From assembly GCA_038087875.1 (NCBI GenBank), contig CM075988.1, positions 20,586,001 to 20,650,000 of the forward strand: a stretch of 64,000 nt of DNA, read 5' to 3'. The stretch is from Malacoraja senta. Its lineage: Eukaryota. Both the position numbers and the translations under genes were made by a program. How positions within the stretch are numbered: the first letter of the stretch is position 1; every line of letters begins with the position of its first letter. Shown piece by piece: positions 63,411-64,000 of the stretch. The notes beneath the pieces were generated by a model. The model saw only the letters and a program-made list of their open reading frames with translations, was not told where the DNA came from and made no database searches.

Positions 63411-63558
63411 TCATTAGCATGGGTGTCAGGGGTTATGGGGAGAAGGCAGGAGAATGGGGATAAGAGGGGAAGATCGATCAGCCATGATTGAATGGCGGAG
63501 TAGACTTGATGGGCCTGATGGCTTAATTCTGCTCCTATAACTTATGAACTTATGAACT
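63411..63558 (+). mobile_element. CR1 3' tail
   Basis: ggttatggggagaaggcaggagaatgggg..gccatgattgaatggcgg..(acttatga)n. Confidence 0.8.
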
Positions 63559-64000
63559 AAATATCAAATACTACAAATTCTGCACAAACATTAAGGGCTG
63601 AAGGGACCGTTCCTGTGCTGTACTGTTCTCATAAATGAATAACAATTAAGCTGGGTTAAGTTCACACAGGCTGCACAGTGTTGGGTAGTCTAGGTGCAGG
63701 CAGATAAGAATCAGTCTTGGCATCATGTACAGCACAAACATTTTGGGCCGTAGGACCCGTTCCTGCACTGTACTGTTCTGTGTTCTACGTCTGAGTTCAC
63801 TCCCAAGGGGTTGATGAACATCCCCTCAGTGAGCACTGTACTGCAGAGAGCTGCAGGACATATCTGGCAGTCTGCTGCACCAGGACTCTGGGGGTGGTGC
63901 TTGCAACAACCACATTTGTCCAAGAACAGGTTTGGCCAGACCAGTATAAAATAGAGCCTTGGCATGGCCCAGCCAGGATCCACTGTCACCACACAAGGAG

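Overview
A eukaryotic, repeat-dense window with no host protein-coding gene I can support; it is probably intronic or intergenic. The repeat inventory (CR1 LINEs, tRNA-derived V/HE1-type SINEs, Penelope relics) suggests a cartilaginous fish such as a skate or ray (inference). Main contents: (1) a full-length young CR1 LINE at 12621-17185, with an SGNH-esterase ORF1 and an APE+RT ORF2 broken only by four homopolymer indels, inserted in a (TC)n microsatellite; (2) a complete but decayed DIRS1-type tyrosine-recombinase retrotransposon at 23916-28687 on the minus strand, with near-perfect ITR/ICR termini, gag/RT/RNaseH/methyltransferase/YR remnants and a candidate 5' intron; (3) many 5'-truncated CR1, Rex1/Babar, L2, L1/Tx1 and RTE fragments; (4) Harbinger-, hAT- and possibly Helitron-type non-autonomous DNA elements; (5) about 20 dispersed short Penelope-derived units carrying a minimal hammerhead-ribozyme core (CTGAAGA-stemII-GAAACGTC), often arranged as long hairpins and sometimes flanked by 14-bp target duplications; (6) GC-rich non-autonomous retroelements with Rex-like 3' tails. 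All coordinates were read by eye; element edges without a TSD or TIR are approximate.
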